The notes under the pieces were generated by a model. The model saw only the letters and a list, made by a program, of their open reading frames with translations. It ran no database searches and had not been told where the DNA came from. From positions 1 through 41,070 of the forward strand of contig JBDRBB010000002.1 in assembly GCA_043823065.1 (NCBI GenBank): DNA of 41,070 nucleotides. The letters are read 5' to 3'. Below are positions 39,422-41,070 of the stretch, piece after piece. This stretch comes from Pseudomonadota bacterium. GTDB lineage: Bacteria; UBA10199; 2-02-FULL-44-16; DYJF01. How positions within the stretch are numbered: the stretch's first letter is position 1; every line of letters begins with the position of its first letter. The position numbers and the translations under genes are program-made.

Positions 39422-40981
39422 ATGGCTAACCAATTCTTCCTTTATGCAAGAAAATCTACAGATAGTGAAGAAAGACAAGTGTTATCTATAGAAGCTCAGC
39501 TAGCAGAGCTAAGGGAATATGCAGCAAAGGAAAAGCTGTGCATAAAGGAAGAATACATAGAAGCCATGACAGCCAAAGTGCCAGGCCGCCCAGTGTTTGA
39601 TAAGATGGTATCTCGTATTCAAAAGGGTGAGGCTGATGGCATAGTGGCCTGGCATCCAGATCGGTTGGCAAGGAATAGCGTGGATGGTGGCAGGATTGTA
39701 TATCTACTTGATACAAATCACATAGCTCATCTTAAGTTTCCAACATTCTGGTTTGAAAATACGCCTCAAGGGAAGTTTATGTTAAATATCGCCTTTGGGC
39801 AGTCCAAGTATTACATAGACAACCTTTCTGAGAATGTAAAAAGAGGTATCCGCCAAAAGTTAAGACGTGGTGAATGGCCAGGTTGGGCTCCTGTCGGATA
39901 CATCAATGATAAAAATCTCAGAAAGGTTGTCATAGATCCTGTAAAGGGTTCTCTGGTTAGAAAATTGTTTGAAGCATATGCAACAGGCAACTATACGTTA
40001 CAGGATCTAAGGAATGAATCATTTAAATGGGGATTGGTAAGCCGCACAGGTAAAGCACTTGTAAAAGCAGAGATACACCGAACGCTCACTCGTTCATTTT
40101 ATTATGGGTTAATGAAATTCACTAAAGAGTATCATGAAGGCACACATGAACCCATTATTACAAAATCACTCTTTGATAAGGTACAAGATATGCTCGTTCG
40201 CAAAGGTAAACCTAATAAATATAGGAAACACAGTTTTCCGTTTTTAGGTTTAGCAACCTGTCCTAGTTGTGGTTGTGCAATAACGGCAGAGCGACAAAAG
40301 GGTCATAGTTATTACAGATGCACTAAAAAACATGGGGTTTGCCAAGAACCCTATATTAGAGAAGAATTATTAGTTGATCAGATTAATGCGGCTATCTCAC
40401 GCGTCGCTCTGCCGTCAAAGGTATATCAAAAGATGCTAGCACAGGTTGGCAAAGAGGAGTCCAATGCTCGCCAATCAATTGCAAGAAGGCGCACACGGTT
40501 ATCCAAAGAAATAGAATATATTCAGGCCAGGTTAGACAGACTATTAGATGCTCATTTGGATGAGGCAATTGATCAGGAGGAATACAGGTCTAAAAAAGAG
40601 GCTATGTTAAAGGCCAAGGTTTCAAAGGAAGAGGAATTAGTGCAGGCAGAGAAACTTGCAATTGGTTGGCTCGAACCGTGTGAGGAATTCCTGAAGGCGG
40701 CTTACCAAGCCCATCAGGTGGCGACAGGTGAAAATTTAGAATCCAAAAAGGAATTTTTGAAAAAGATCGGCTCGAACTTCACATTGTCGGCCAAAAGGCT
40801 TTGTTTTTCTTTTCAAATGCCCTGGCAGCATTTGGCGGCGCAGCCTGCGTTTGCTCCGAAACAGAAGAACCAAAAAAACACTTCCTTCTGTCCCAAAGTT
40901 CACGCAGGAGCGACGCCCATGCAAACTTGGCGGCCCCTGTGGGACAAAGTTCGAACTTATTTTCAATCTGAATATTCCTAG
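39422..40981 (+). CDS. large serine recombinase (resolvase + recombinase + Zn ribbon + coiled coil)
   Basis: YARKST catalytic Ser, DRLARN, HEPIIT..F, CPSCG..YYRC..C and coiled coil. Confidence 0.95.
   Translation: MANQFFLYARKSTDSEERQVLSIEAQLAELREYAAKEKLCIKEEYIEAMTAKVPGRPVFDKMVSRIQKGEADGIVAWHPDRLARNSVDGGRIVYLLDTNHIAHLKFPTFWFENTPQGKFMLNIAFGQSKYYIDNLSENVKRGIRQKLRRGEWPGWAPVGYINDKNLRKVVIDPVKGSLVRKLFEAYATGNYTLQDLRNESFKWGLVSRTGKALVKAEIHRTLTRSFYYGLMKFTKEYHEGTHEPIITKSLFDKVQDMLVRKGKPNKYRKHSFPFLGLATCPSCGCAITAERQKGHSYYRCTKKHGVCQEPYIREELLVDQINAAISRVALPSKVYQKMLAQVGKEESNARQSIARRRTRLSKEIEYIQARLDRLLDAHLDEAIDQEEYRSKKEAMLKAKVSKEEELVQAEKLAIGWLEPCEEFLKAAYQAHQVATGENLESKKEFLKKIGSNFTLSAKRLCFSFQMPWQHLAAQPAFAPKQKNQKNTSFCPKVHAGATPMQTWRPLWDKVRTYFQSEYS
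40774..40933 (+). repeat. right copy of the 160-bp inverted repeat, inside the recombinase CDS
   Basis: Covers codons ~451-504 and ends at TGGCGG. Confidence 0.95.
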
Positions 40982-41029
40982 GATGGAATGCGTTCACTTT
41001 TCAAGAGTTAAATCTGCAATTCCGAGGGA

Positions 41030-41068
41030 GCAAAATTTGCGCCCACGCAAGCGTGGCACAAATTTCGC
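41030..41068. other. hairpin downstream of the recombinase
   Basis: AAATTTG..CCACGC-AA-GCGTGG..CAAATTT. Confidence 0.55.
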
Positions 41069-41070
41069 AA

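Overview
AT-rich bacterial chromosomal segment whose gene content suggests a deltaproteobacterium-like organism (inference). It is mostly housekeeping and metabolic genes: an frw-like fructose-family PTS (IIC, IIB, divergent AraC), an F1-only ATP synthase cluster (atpHAGDC), galU-asnS, ferredoxin-nth-polX-rlmH-elbB, priA-def-fmt-rpe, tRNA-Pro(CGG), an S8 peptidase, dsbA-like-serS-zupT, transketolase, a PL10-like lyase, prmA and a TMEM175 channel. Two accessory signals stand out. (1) At the right end, a damaged tRNA-Ser copy (extra bases around the anticodon, 99-bp T-loop insertion, no acceptor 3' end) precedes an intact tRNA-Ser(GCT). A large serine recombinase follows, and 160 bp near its 3' end (codons ~451-504) are duplicated in inverted orientation starting inside the tRNA's CCGCCA end. 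This could be an invertible cassette that swaps the recombinase C-terminus. (2) A small GIY-YIG nuclease gene is flanked by oppositely oriented arrays of a GTCATTCCCGC..GCGGGAATC palindrome. The same palindrome is dispersed nearby, including in-frame inside the AraC gene. Several other palindromic or structured intergenic elements and a recurring sigma28-like motif were also seen. All calls are by eye from motifs; no database searches were run.
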